A stretch of 64,000 nucleotides of DNA from the human T2T-CHM13v2.0 reference genome, Homo sapiens: the NCBI RefSeq assembly GCF_009914755.1, contig NC_060926.1. One strand, given 5' to 3'. Under the pieces are notes generated by a model. That model worked only from the letters and a program-made list of their open reading frames with translations, was not told the origin of the DNA and ran no database searches. The position numbers were made by a program, and so were the translations under genes. Position 1 is the stretch's first letter, and each line of letters begins with the position of its first letter. Positions 1 to 14,345 of this stretch are shown in pieces.

Positions 1-346
1 TGGCTATCAAGACATGTCCACATCTTTGTTCTGCACAAAGCTGGTACTGGGAACAGGAAGAGGCTAGGAAGTGGGAGCAGGCACTTCCAAGTCTGCGGGG
101 ACATGAGGATTCCCGGGGCCCTGAGAGGACAGGGATGCCCAGGTCCGAAGCTGTGGCTGGGCAGCTGCAGCTGCACCTGGGAGGGCAGGGGTCCCACCCT
201 GCCAATTCAATAGGGTGCAGGGTTCCCGCTGAGATCACCTGTTCCTGGCCCCTGCTGTTTCTGTGGAGGGCAGCCCCAGCGATGCCTTCCCCACTGTACC
301 TGGCACCCTCACAGCAGCCACTCCAGATGGGCTGCTGACGCCATCA
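1..346 (-). mobile_element. MER52-family ERV1 LTR (5' end; cut by window edge)
   Basis: GC-rich block; the reverse complement begins TGATGGCGTCAGCAGCCCATCTGGAGTGGCTGCTG, matching the MER52 LTR start, with an abrupt switch to AT-rich DNA at 347. Confidence 0.75.
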
Positions 347-809
347 AAATGAGAGTTTTGTTTTTCAGTGAAGTGTGCTCCTTTTTAAGATGTGTTAACA
401 TATCTCACTTTTGGAACCAATATTTGAGAATAAAAATTCTCTACCAGATGACAATTTTACTTAAAAAGTGTTCAGATAATAGTCATGTTGATTTTTACGC
501 TGCTTGCCCTCATCTCTATTAACATTTTCACACATACCAGAGGAAGCACAATGGAGTCAGTCGCACCTCAAATTTAAGATCTAGATACTTTGTTTCTTTT
601 ATTGCGTCTATTCACCCCATTGGTGAGAAAAGGATTTCTACTTCAAGGTCATGATAGCTGAACATCTGACACCTGACATTGGACAGATAAGGACTACGAA
701 ATCCCAGAAGTTTATTAGTCACATATAATTACAGAGTAGTCTGGGACCACACTTTGAAGATCACTAGAGAAATTATCTTTAAAATCTGGAATCAGGTTGA
801 AATGATCAC

Positions 810-1224
810 TGTATTAGCCAGTGTTGCTGTGGAAAAATCTTCCAAATGTCAATGTCTTTCAATCGCAATGTTATGTTTCTGGCTTATGTTTTATAAGAAT
901 TGGTGGTTGGCTTGGGCATGCTCTTACTGCTTCTCTCATCTACCTGCCTTCTTTATTATGAGAGAAAAGCTCAATCTGGGACATATTATTCTCACAGAAG
1001 AAAAAAAAATGAGCACACGAACTATTAAAACTAAAAGAAGGTTCTTAAATAATGTACAATGAACTGGAATGCTGTGATTTTCACACCTCCTCTATCAGTA
1101 AAAGTGAGTCCCATGACCGAATCTGATGATAACAGAACCAGGAGGTGCACCCATCTCATACAAATAAGTCCGTATTATGAGGCAAGGGTCTATACTTTTC
1201 TTGTAAGGTTATAACTGGAGAAAC
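810..1224 (-). mobile_element. Old MaLR LTR (MLT1I/J-like), interrupted by L1PB
   Basis: Begins TGTATTAG..TGCTGTGG..AATGTC..TTTCTGGCTTATG, like the MLT1 reverse strand; highly diverged. Confidence 0.45.
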
Positions 1225-1342
1225 TTATTTATTTATTTTTTTAAAATTTCAGTAGCTTTAGGGGTAGAAGTGGTTTTTGGTTACATGAATGAATTGTGTA
1301 GTGGTGAAATGTAGGAAATTAGTGCACCCATCACCCAAGTAG

Positions 1343-1746
<404 letters not shown>

Positions 1747-1939
1747 ATTATACCACTCTATATGTCTTTGTGTATCCATAGCTTAGCTCCCACTTAAAAG
1801 TGAGAATATAAGGTATTTGGTTTTCAATTCCTGAGTGACTTCACTTAGAAAAATGGTCTGCAGTTCCATCCAAGTTGCTGCAAAAGACATTATTTTATTC
1901 TTTTTTATGGCTGAGTAGTATTCCATGGAATATTAATTA

Positions 1940-1965
1940 TATTATATATATGTTTAGATATATGT

Positions 1966-1996
<31 letters not shown>
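1940..1996. repeat. (TA)n/(TG)n microsatellite within L1
   Basis: TGTGTGTGTGTGT followed by ATATATATATATATAT. Confidence 0.9.
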
Positions 1997-3641
1997 CACA
2001 TTTTCTTTACTCATCAGTTGATGAGCACTTAGGTTAATCCTATATCTTTGCAATTGTGAACTGTGCTGTGATAAACTTAAATGTGCAGGTGTCTTTTTGA
2101 TAAAGTGACTTCTTTTTCTTTGGGTAGAAACACAGTAGTGAGATTGCTAGATTGAATGGTAGATCTAATACTTCTGGTTCTTTGAGAAATCTCCGTACTG
2201 TTTTCCATAGAGTTTGTACTAATTTACATTCCCACCAGCAGTGTATAACTGTTCCTTTTTAAAAATCACATTCATACCAACATCTATTATGTGTTGTTTT
2301 TGTTTTCTTTTATTTTTTTTACTTTTTAATTATGGCCATTCTGAGTGGTGTAAGGTAGCATCTCATTGTGGTTTTAATTTGCATTTCCCTGATGATTAGT
2401 GGTATTGAGCATATTTTCATATGTTTCTTGTCCACTTGTATATCTTATTTTTAGAAATGCCTAGTTATGTCCTTTGCCCCCTTTTTGATGAGATCATTTG
2501 TTTTTTTCTAGCTGATTTGAGTTTCTTGCAGATTCTGGATATTAGTTTTTTGTCACATGCATAATTTGCAAATATATTCTCCCATTCTGTAGGTTGTCTA
2601 TTTACTGTGATGATTATTTGCTGTGCAGAGGCTTTTTAGTTTATATAGTTTCCATTTATTCATTTTTCTTTTTGTTGAATTAGCTTTTGGGGTCTTAGCC
2701 ATAAATTTTTTCCCGCAGCCAACATCCAGAAGAGTATTTCTTAGGTTTTCTTCTAGAATTTTTTGTGGCTTCAGGTCTAAAATTTAAGTCTTTAATCCAT
2801 GTTGAGTTAATTTTTGTATATAGTAAGAGATAGGGATCCAATTTTATTCTTCTACCTGTGGCTATCCAATTTTTCTAGCACCATTTATTGAATTTCTCCA
2901 ACTTATGTTTTGTATGCTTTGTCAAAGATATGTTGGTTTTAAGTACTTGATTTTATTTCTGGGTTCTCTACTGTTCCATTGTTCCATGCATTTACTTTTA
3001 TACCAGTACCATGCTTTTTTGGTTACCATAGCTTTGTAGTATAATTTTAAGTGAGGTAATGTAATGCCTCTAATTTTTTTTTCTTTTTGCTTAGGGTTGC
3101 TTTGGCTATCTGGGATCTTTTTTGGTTCTATATGAATTTTACAATAGTTTTTTAAATAATTTTGTGAATACTTATGTTGGTATTTTGATAGGAATTGCAT
3201 TGAATCTATAGATTGCTTTGGGCAGTACAATCATTTTTATTTGACTCTTCTAATTCATGAGTATGGGATATATTTCCAGTTTTTTGTGTCGTCCACGATT
3301 TATTTCAGCAGTGTTTTGTAGTTTTCCTTGTAGAGATCTTTCATCTCTTTGGTTAAGCATATTTTTAGATATTTTTGTAGCCATTATAAAAGCGGTTGAG
3401 TTCTTGATTTGATTCTCAACTTGGCCATTGTTGACATATAGCAATGCTACTGATTTGTGTACATTGGTTTTATAACCTGAGACTTTACTGAGTTCATTTT
3501 TAGATCTAGAAGTCTTTTGGAGGAGTCTTTAGAGTTTTCTAGGTATAAGATCATATCATCAGCAAAAAGAGATAGTTTGACCTCTTTTTTCCCAATTTAG
3601 ATGCCCTTTATTTTTTAGTCTTCCCTGATTGCTCTAGCTAG

Positions 3642-4370
3642 GGAAAAACAAATTTAATTTACAATGCTCCACACATTTTATTACAAAATTTCATTGCTCT
3701 TTCTGTGCACACAGTACATTTGCTTCCTAACCAAAGAAAACACCTACAAATTATCATCACATCACAGCACCAGACTCAAAGTGTCCTGATAGTCCCGATT
3801 TCAGGTCTTAATATGTTTTTTCTCTATCAAGAAATCTATGAAATAACAGTAGGCTATTTACCCCATGTACACAACAAGTACTACTAGAATGTCACAGGAT
3901 AACTTTTTTAAAATCCCATCTTCAAAGGGAAGAATAGTAAAAAGCATGTAGGGACCCCACCTATTCTAAAATCCCATTGGAGAGGTATTGCAATGGGCTT
4001 CCATTCTGAAGAGTTGGAAATATTCCTTGGTTAGATATTCTAATCTAATTCCCTTCCAGGGATTTGTCTCACAGTCCATTATTTTTCATTTCTTTTCAAT
4101 CCAGACTTCTGGAGGTTTTACTTTTTTTCACTTAGTCACATCTGTGGTAGCTTTTGGCTAATATTTTCTTCTGGAGACTTAGCAAATTCTTTCTCCTGTT
4201 TTCTGCCTATAGAAGCTTGGGGAACCAGATTTGTTTTAGGTCTGAAAACTCACAGTCTCAATTAGTAAAAATGAAAGTTCTTCTGTTAATAAAACTTACT
4301 AAAATATTTAGTCAGCTTTTCCTCTGTTGCCAGTCAGCTCCACGAGTCAATAGCTATACCCACAATAATT
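3642..4370 (-). mobile_element. Remainder of the MLT1 LTR plus MaLR internal (MLT1-int) relic
   Basis: CACAGCACCAGACTCAAAG..CAGGTC..CTATGAAATAA..CAGGATAAC..CCCATCTTCAAAGGGAAGAAT resembles reverse-strand MLT1-int. Confidence 0.45.
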
Positions 4371-4609
4371 GTTAAGTCTTGCTTCTCTCTGGTTTTAATT
4401 GTTGGCATTTTTAATTCATCAGGCTATTTTTTTCTTTCTGTATATAAAGGCAAAACATTGCTGGACATATATTAGGCATTCAGTAAATATGTATTAGATA
4501 AGTGAATGATGAACAGTCAAAAAATTACTTATAAAATTGATTTAATAATACCAATAATCAAATAATTGCAAATTATTAAAACAGGAGATTTTCTTTTCAA
4601 AAAATATTA

Positions 4610-5295
4610 TTCCCATTGTGGGCTAGAACACAGGGAAATGGGTAACCACATTATATAAATTTATACAGACTTCCTAAAAGACAATCTAGCAATGAATATT
4701 AAAATTTCCAAAAGTGTTATAGCCTCTTATATCCTGGCAACACAAGTTTAGAACATGTGGGAAAAATATGTAAACAAGGATATAAATTACAACACTGGAT
4801 ACATCTATATTATCCTACAACAAGGAATTAGTTACATACATAATGAAATATTTATTGTGAATTATTATGCAGTCATTAAAACTATCTTTCCCAAGATATA
4901 TAACTATAAATGTATAGTTACATCTGTACTTTTATATACATATGTATATGTATGTGTCTGTACAATGTATATGTGTGCATATTTATACACACACATACAT
5001 ATACACACACATACACATACACAATTATGTATATATACGTAAAATTTTTTGTGTGAGTATAAACTAGGAAAATAAAAGTAGCCATTTGTGTGGTGAAATT
5101 CCACTTCCATTTTAAAAGATTATATATATGCATATAAGTATTCATATGTACAAATAATAACTATAAAAATGTAAATATCACAGTGGTTATTGGATCATAC
5201 ATTATTTGCATTTTTCTTTCTTTGTGTTTATCAATATATTCTAACTTTTGTAAAGTGAACATAGATTAGTTCTAATTAAAAACTCAATAAAAGTA
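4610..5295 (+). mobile_element. Old L1M (L1ME-like) 3' UTR fragment with internal TA/CA low-complexity sequence
   Basis: GACAATCTAGCAATGAATATTAAAATT..GAATTATTATGCAGTCATTAAAA..AATAAAAG; (TATG)/(CA) run at about 4930-5040. Confidence 0.55.
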
Positions 5296-5708
5296 AAAGA
5301 GGCAGCAAAATATAAAAAAGACTATTGAGGTAAAATACTTCATGATTTACTAATGGAGAAACATAAAATTAAAGCTTATAAATGTGACTAATAATAAAAA
5401 CAAGTTTATTTTGTATGGTGGTAATATATTAAGAGCACCATCTTTGTTAAAACCAAGCAGATAGTATGTAAGATATTCCTATATATAAAAATGTATATTT
5501 TCAAGTATAACTGACTAGTTTGACATAGAAAAACAAGTCAAGATAAAAGAATCAAATTCAACTCAAAATTAGATTGTTTTCTAAAAATAAATTGATTTCA
5601 CTTTAAATAATGATTCTTCTTTAATTTCTGTTATTGCTTTTCTCATCTTCATTACAAAGGGTCTAGGTTAGGAGTTGGGTGGACCTGAGTAGCAATAAAA
5701 CATGTCTC

Positions 5709-6019
5709 AGCCAGGCGCGGTGGCTCACGCCTGTAATCCTAGCACTTTGGGAGGCTGACGCGGGTGGATCACGAGGTCAGGAGATCGAGACCATCCTGGC
5801 TAACACGGTGAAACCCCGTCTCTATTAAAAATAAAAATAAAAAAAATTAGCCAGGCGTTGTGGCAGGTGCCTGTAGTCCCAGCTACTCAGAAGGCTGGGG
5901 CAGGAGAATGGTGTGAACCCGGCAGGCGGAGCTTGCAGTGAGCCAAGATGGCGCCACCGCACTCCAGCCTGGGCAACAGAGCGAGACTCCATCTACTCCA
6001 TCTCAAAAGAAAAAAAAAA
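5709..6019 (+). mobile_element. AluY
   Basis: Y diagnostics GGATCACGAGGTCAGGAGATCGAGACCATCCTGGCTAACACGG and GGAGCTTGCAG; ACTCCATCT duplicated before the tail; flanks share ATGTCT. Confidence 0.95.
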
Positions 6020-6290
6020 TGTCTGATTTGCCATTTCAATCTGCATGTGCTGCAATGGAACCTCTGTTCCTCCAGACTCATATGACACATTAGTGAATCT
6101 GAATCAGGGCCAGGAAAGGTAGAGTAGTGTGAGAGAACAACTGTGAAAATCCATGCAATTGTTTTATAGGAAAAATTTCAGTGAGGAAATGTCTCCTTGC
6201 ATCTCCTTTCTTACTCATTTCCCTCAAAGAAATCATATGTATTTCTGTTTTTAGGTCTTTGTTTAGTACTCTTCTCTCAGGCAAATCTCA

Positions 6291-6823
6291 TGTATTAGTC
6301 AGGGTTCTCCAGAGAAACAGAATCAACAGGAGACACATGATAGATATGTAAAACGATTTATTACAAGAAACTATCACACAATTTTGGAGACTCAAAAGTC
6401 TCAAGATCTGCTAACTGGTAAGCTGGAGACCCAGGAGGGCAGATGTAGTTCTAGACCAAATCTGAAGGCCTGAAAGCCTGGAAAGCCAATGGTATAAGAG
6501 CCAGTCTGAAAGCCAGCAGACCCAAGAAGAGCCAATCTTTTACTTCAAGTCTAAAGGCAAGAAAAGACAGATATCCCAGCTCATGCACTCAGGCAGGAGG
6601 AATTTCCTCTTACTAGTGGAAGGGTCAGTTTTTTAATTCTATGTGAACCTTCAACTGATTAGATAAAGGCTGCCCACATTAAGGAAGGCACATTGCTTTA
6701 CTCAGTCTACTAATTCAAGTGTTAATCTCATCAAGAAGCACCCTCAAAGACAGAATAATGTTTGACCAAATATCTGGGCACCCAATGGCCCAGTCAAGTT
6801 TGCATATAAAATAAACCATCATA
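6291..6823 (-). mobile_element. MLT2B-like ERVL solo LTR
   Basis: Starts TGTATTAGTCAGGGTTCTCCAGAGAAACAGAA and ends GGCCCAGTCAAGTT..AAAATAAACCATCATA. Confidence 0.85.
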
Positions 6824-6929
6824 TGTACATCAGTACATCTTGCCTTAAAATGTTTATTTTTAAGGATATGTTTATTTTAAGTACAACCATCTTGCCTTAA
6901 ATTGTTTATTTTTCAAGGATATGGATTCA

Positions 6930-7740
6930 TTTCTACATAAATTTACTCCACCAGCATTTACTGATCACCTACTCTGAGAAATCACTCTCTAAACTCTGGG
7001 GATGCAGTTCTGAGGAGGATACAGTTCTGTCTTCAGAAAATGCTGATGGAAATAATTTTAATGAACAGTAATGGTAAAAGGAGATAAACGAAAACAGAAT
7101 CAATGTGTGCAAAGTGACAGAAGTAAGTACCAAATATGTTTATAAGAAGCAGAAGACCAAGTGTGCTGAAGTATAAGATACCAAAAAGAAGTAGAGAGAA
7201 TATGACAGAGAAGAGAGATTTGGAATATCTTATCCATTAAGTCATTAAGTCAAGTTGTTTGCTTTTATTATTATTAACAATGGAGAGCTATTGACAGCTT
7301 TAGTCAGCATGGGCTTGATTAAACAATGGGAACTGTTAATGGGTTATTGTGTATAGAAATACTTCATAAAGGAAATAGTGGAGAGAGAAAACTAACTAGA
7401 GGGTTAATGTCATAGATCAAGTGAAAGGTAATAAGTGGTTTAAAAAGTTCCAGTATTTGGTAAGAATGGATATTATTAGGTAAAATTAAGAAGTCATAAC
7501 AATATATTTTTAAATGGTAGGTGTGAGAGCGAAGGTTCAACTGTAATGTTTAAGTTACTGGGAGAAGAGAACTATTATTCTGAAACAAGGAAGTCATTAT
7601 GGGTACCTACTGAATTGAGGACATAATATTTATTCTGAGCCATATTAAGTTCATTGTGCTAGTAATACATACAGGTAGACATGTAGTCTGGCTCTCAGGT
7701 GGTAATCTTGACTATTCTATGACTTTGGTAGTCTATCCAT
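6930..7740 (-). mobile_element. L2 relic
   Basis: CATTTACTGATCACCTACTCTG..CTGGGGATGCAG resembles the reverse-complement L2 3' end, followed by a purine-rich degenerate body. Confidence 0.55.
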
Positions 7741-8329
7741 GTGCACTTGTAAATTAGGTTTATACACGAATCTTTTTCCTCATTTCCCTGGCACAAACTG
7801 CCTGCCTTTTCCTCAGCTTTCTTCTCTCTTCTTTCTAAAGCCTTAGAAGACATTGGCAACTAGCCCATGTCAGTAAGTGACAATAGACTTGCCCTGCTCC
7901 ACCAACACCAACACGATTGCTTTTTAATGGAGGATTTCTGCATACACAATTGCTGTGTTTCAAAAGGTTGATCTCTCAGGATTTAATTTAGATAATCAGA
8001 AATTGTTAACAGGGAAAGTAATTGGGGCATAGGATATTAGAGTGGTCTCTCAATGCCTATTGTACTATGTAGGATTAACCACTGTTTGATTTACCTAGGT
8101 TTGATCTTTGTCATCATAAAGTTGACTCAGCTACACAAAAAAAGATGCATATTTTAGGACTGTTTTGTTACAAGTCCAATTTATGTTTCTGTGATAAATC
8201 AACTTATTCTTTATCTCAGAAGCTTGAAATAATTTCATTGGCTCCTGTTTATATTATGAATCAGCCCATTAATTAAGTCCTAATCCTAAGTGTAGAAAGA
8301 CAGATTTATTTTGTTAAAAAAAACTGTAT

Positions 8330-8520
8330 GCACAGCATTAATTCAATTTTGTAAAAACTGTGCATGCATATATATTTGGAAAGATGTCCAAAGAAATATT
8401 AAAATTGGTAACCTCTGAGCAGTAAGATTAAATGTGATTTCAAATTTATTCTTTATTCTTTGTCGTATTGTTCAAATTATCCATAATGAACATGTATTAC
8501 TTTTATAATCTGAAAAAAAA
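8330..8520 (+). mobile_element. L1ME-like 3' terminal fragment
   Basis: GGTAACCTCTGAG..CATAATGAACATGTATTACTTTTATAAT followed by an A-run. Confidence 0.55.
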
Positions 8521-9669
8521 TTCAGAGAAAGTAAAAGGGTTATTCATCACATAATACATTTATGGAGTAGAATTCACTTGGCCTTAAAGGCGTACAAAAT
8601 TCCCACCCCAAAGACAGCCGGGAAGGAAACATATCAGTGCCAACACAGCAACCTCAGACTTCTGTGTAGATTGGGGCCATTGTACAGTAGCATTACCCTC
8701 ACAACGACCTGCTCAGTCTCTCGTGGCAACTATTGAATTCTGACTGAGGCCACTCCTGTTCATTCTCTTGCCTACTAGCGTAAGTCACTTGGTTGGGCAC
8801 AGCTTAATTCTTGACTATGGATTTCGTGAACTCCTCTTATAAAATGGTACAATTACTGCAGGTCACGAACATCAAATGCCACTAACACTTCCAGCTGTGA
8901 CCACGGAATAGCCTCCCAACAGAAGTACTGCAACATGGTAATAATAACATCCCAGCTGTAGCCACAATCACCGAAATCACTGACAGTGTCAATAATGTAT
9001 AAAACCCCATGGAAACTCAACTGTACTTGCCAAAAGGCATTCATCAATTTCATTGCCTTTTATCTACCATTTAAAATGGTCTGGTTTTAGTGTTAGGGTT
9101 TTTAAAATAAATGACTAGGGTAAATAGGCCCTGGCTGAATTGCTCACTATCTGCTGTGAATTGCTTCTCTAAATGTTGAGGACGTGAAGTTCACCCTTAA
9201 CCACTCAAGTACATTCTGTATCCACTACATGTTAGGTGATGGGATGTGAGCAAAGAGAGTTGAGTATCCAGAGAGGTGAAATTTACTAAGCCCCATTACA
9301 GCTTAAGTTCATTTAAAGCATTGTCAAGGACATGGTGAAAATACAGGAGAGGGAACCGCTTTGATTTCTTAGAAGCCAGTCAGCTTTTGGAAGATCTAAG
9401 ATAGTGAAAATGTGGGAAGACTGAAGAGAAAAGGTCTATTTAACTGATGCTAGGAATAATAAACTGTAACAATCACTACACCTTACAACAGTGTTTTCCT
9501 GTATTTGCTCAAATACTCTGCAGAGGAGATAAAACAATTGCTCGTAACATTTGAGCAAACTGAAATTACTGTAACTGCGGATAGGAAAAACTAAAACAGA
9601 AATCAAAAAAAGAATTGTTTGTTGTATAAAACAATTATTGAATATCATATTCTTTTAATATGCTGGTCA

Positions 9670-9885
9670 TTATTATTATTGTAACTTGAACTTGTATGAT
9701 TATTTAGCTTGTCATAGCTCTTTCAAATATATTACTCCACTGATAATTCACCAAAATTCTGTTAAATTTTATTATCCCCATGTATTACATATAGTAATAC
9801 AGATCTCAGAGAGGCTAAAATATGTCTGGTATCACACGGCTTGTTAGAAAGCAAAATGAACAAAAGAACATTGATATTCTGTCAG
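9670..9885 (-). mobile_element. MIR
   Basis: TATTATCCCCATGT..CAGATCTCAGAGAGGCTAAA..ATCACACGGCTTGTTAG, the reverse MIR core. Confidence 0.6.
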
Positions 9886-11963
9886 ATCAGCTGCTCTCAT
9901 CTACAAAATTCTACCTTTCCTTGACTATGTGCTCTTTGTTGTGGATAAATACCTATCAAACCTCAGAAAACCTGTATTTTGTAATCTCATGTTTTAGGAT
10001 GTGAATGTCTTCTAATAATTTTCTCTTCGCTGAGCAGAAGAGTATAACTTTGGGCTAAGCAGGACAAATCTCCCAAGAGCTAGCTAAAGGCCCTTCCAAA
10101 GTGGCAGAAAATAAGAAATAAAGAATATATATACATCCTGCTGACAGGTCTGAAAAAAAAAGAATCTATAAAAAGAAACTATAGTGAACATATAGGTGGT
10201 TTGACCATGTTTTTATATTTTTTCATTTATTATTTTTTGTAAAAATTTACTAATCAATTTGAATAATAATTTAATAATTACTTCGTCAATGTTGAGGATT
10301 TAATGGAGAGCAAGGTAGATGTGGTCACAGCTCTAGCTTTACAATTTAGAAGAAGAGATAGAAATATAAATATACACATAAATATATGTGAAAAATAAAT
10401 ATATCAAATTTGTAAGTTCTATGAAGAAAACTAGATTTAATGATGAAGTTAAAAAGCATAACTTTGATAAGATAGTCAAATAATACATCTGTGAAAAGAT
10501 GGCATTTAAGTCACAATAAAATATATTTACTTACCTGAGTAATAAATGGAATGTAGAAAATAAATTTCCAACGCAAGTATAAGTGATTTTCAAATATTGA
10601 AAGTCACCTAGATACAGTACAAAGTTTTGAAAAGTCTGTTATGAAAATTGAAATTACTTGATCAAAATGCTCCACTGGGATATTATGAATGAAGGGGTAA
10701 ATTCTGCTGAATGTGAGATCGCCTGAATGTGAAGAAGTGAAAAAACAGAAGCAGTATCGTTGTACCCCTTTTATCCGCCTCCACTGCCAATGAATGGGAT
10801 TAAAACTGTATTTCAGTTGAAAGCTTTATATGTTACTTTCATCCTGGAGATATTATTTCACAGCCTTTCAAATGTGGTACTCTTTGGTGTATTGTGTCTT
10901 AAAAAGCTGTCAGGTTGAATATACAATATATTCCAAAATGAAAGAGAATTATGACTTATTCCCTTGTGAGTGTGATACTTGTCCCTGAATTGTTAATAAC
11001 CAAAGATATAAAGTTGTTCATTATTTTAAAATTCAGCAATTTTTTCAATGTACAAATATTCATGTAAATGAATAGCCTAATACTTGATATGATTTAGTTA
11101 GAGAAACTGCTGTTATAAAGTTTTAAATATGCCATATCCTAGAACTAACACAAATCTAAAGCTGATATGAGCTAGGCTGATTATATTACCCATTTTCCTT
11201 AATATTTTTATGTTATTTGTTTTCTTATAGCAAATTTTATTATACTATCCAACATTAAACCCTTATCACTGTCTAACCAACATGGCAGATTCCAATATCT
11301 GAAATAAGTCAGAAAGTTGTTTCTTATTGGAGTTGTTCAAAGATGAAAAGGCTGTCTTGCAAAGTTGAGATTTTCCACCCTAGATGTTTTCATGTAAAGA
11401 ATGAATACTCATACATCAGGGAATGAAGGTTATATTCTTCATGCTTTGAAATTTTTTCTATAATCCTATGACCTAAGATGAGTCTATCTAAACTTATGAT
11501 ACCAGTTGGAAAACAAAACAATGAGTTCAGTCAAACACTTTGAACCACTTTTGAACACCATGCTGATGTAAATTTTATCCACAAAATTCAATTAATAAAA
11601 ACTTGATATCACGGTTTTAATAATATGATTATATTTTCATTAATAAAGAATATGATAGACTAAATAAATCTCATTTTTAATTATTTGTAATAACCAGTAC
11701 ATGGATTTGCTTCTGACATAAGGTGTGCCAAATTATCAAGAGTGAAGATCTTGGTATGCTAAAAAGCAAAAAGACTGGCAGTAAGAAGCTTAGTTTATTT
11801 TTACCTCTACAATTTATTAGCTCTGCAATATTGTACATTTCTTTAGCCTCTCTGTACCTCACTTTCTGTACCTAGATAGGAGTTGAAGTTGAAGGATTTC
11901 TAAATTTATTATAACAATGTGATTCTCCAAGGGAGAGTACAGTTCTTTGATAATAAGCAAAAA

Positions 11964-12620
<657 letters not shown>

Positions 12621-14345
12621 ATCTTGTTCAATATTTTATTCATTTTACCTTTGGTCTCATTTTGGGATAAGAACAATATAAAAAAGGAGCTATAAGTCTA
12701 TGTCTTCTTAAAAGCATTACCCTATATTAATGTGCCTGCATAGAAAAGATGATAGTTGTATATAAAAGGAGTTTTAGGATACTTTTCAAACTAAAAGCAT
12801 TTCAACAGGTAGAATTGTAAAAGTTGATTGTCTATGCTTCACTCTGTGATTGTTTAATACAAAAATTTGGCTTTTTTTCTTTGATCCATATAATAGACTT
12901 TCTTAATTTTGATACCCAGAAATGAACTTAAACATACAGTATAAAGTATATATAAAATATAGCAGGAAATATTGCTTAGAAATAACAGCTCTACATATTG
13001 ATCTAAATTTGAATCAATCATCATTTCAGGTTTTATAATTGCTAATGAAAAAGAAGATTTTTCCAAAAGCCACGACTTAGAAATGGACTTCAAGTTGTTT
13101 TCCCTGGTCACATGCCATAGTTTCCACAAACGCCACATGATTAAATCCTTTAAATAATGCGGCACTTTTGGGTATCTAAAATAGATGCATGAAAGTGGTA
13201 ACTTTGTCCAAACACCTTAAATATGTCTTCTTTTATTCTTGCTTTCTTTTCTGACCTGGATCTGGCTGCCAATGCACATGAAAGAAATTACAAAAGCTTC
13301 TCAGTCACTGCGACTCAGGTTCCTTTTGCACTACAGCATTTGTCATTGCCAAAACAGCAGAGTTTAATTAAGTGTTGTGAGCAGCCTAGTGAGAAACACA
13401 CTTTAAATTAAACCTCTGTACATGCAGCTATTGGTTCTTTACCTCCTGAACAATCAGCGGGGTGTTAGGCATAAATTCCGTCTCTCAAGGGAAACGTAGC
13501 TCCACGCACCTCTAGCGATTCATAAATGATCCTGCTTTCTCAGAACCATATCTTATTAAAGCACATTTAATTATTTCTAAGTTTTAAACACCGATAGATG
13601 AAGGCCATAATTAATGTGCCTACCACTAAACATTTTATTTACTCTTGATATATTAATGGTATTATCAAGAAAATATGCTACAGTTTCAAGTTTAACAAAA
13701 TTACATGGCAAATTATCTTTTGATGCATCAAGCAATTGTTAATATAATGGAATAAATTATTTTAACACCTCAGTAGTAATGGATGGGTAAAAGAAAGTAA
13801 GCATTTTAATTTTCAGAATGTTTTTGCAATTACACATTTCAGAAGACAGTTAAATCAATGATCCAAGTGTTTGGAATTTTAGAAACAGAAACAAAAACAA
13901 TTTAGAAAGGTGACTTGTAGGCTTTGGGTTTCTTACATGCAAGAGATGTATCAATGTAACTGATCTCATAACAGCAAAGTTCTGGTAAAAGGTTTGGATG
14001 AAAAAAATGCTGTTTCTGAAAATTATATTTTGATGTGCTCAGTCACACAAACTTTCAAATTTATATTTTTTCTTAAAATAAAAAGATTAGCATGTACATT
14101 TTATATACATTTGATTAAATACAGTCTCATAAAATAATGGTGATTTTTTTCTAAACTGGACAGTCTATCAGTGCAAGTGAACAGTCAGGATAAATGACTA
14201 CATTCATAAAATATTCTTGACTTGTTCAACAACACCATGGGGCAATTTCACACTCTGAAGGACATTCTCAGTGCAGGCCTTCTACACAAATATGCAGAAA
14301 AGATGAAAAGATGATCTATTATTCATTAGAATTAGGCACACATAT

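Noticed and set aside
135-338. GC-rich ORF / possible CpG island or promoter
   Set aside because: Lies within a MER52-type LTR and has few CpGs.
2922-3444. ORFs with L1 ORF2-like peptides
   Set aside because: Frameshifted fragments of a dead, truncated L1PB, not a gene.
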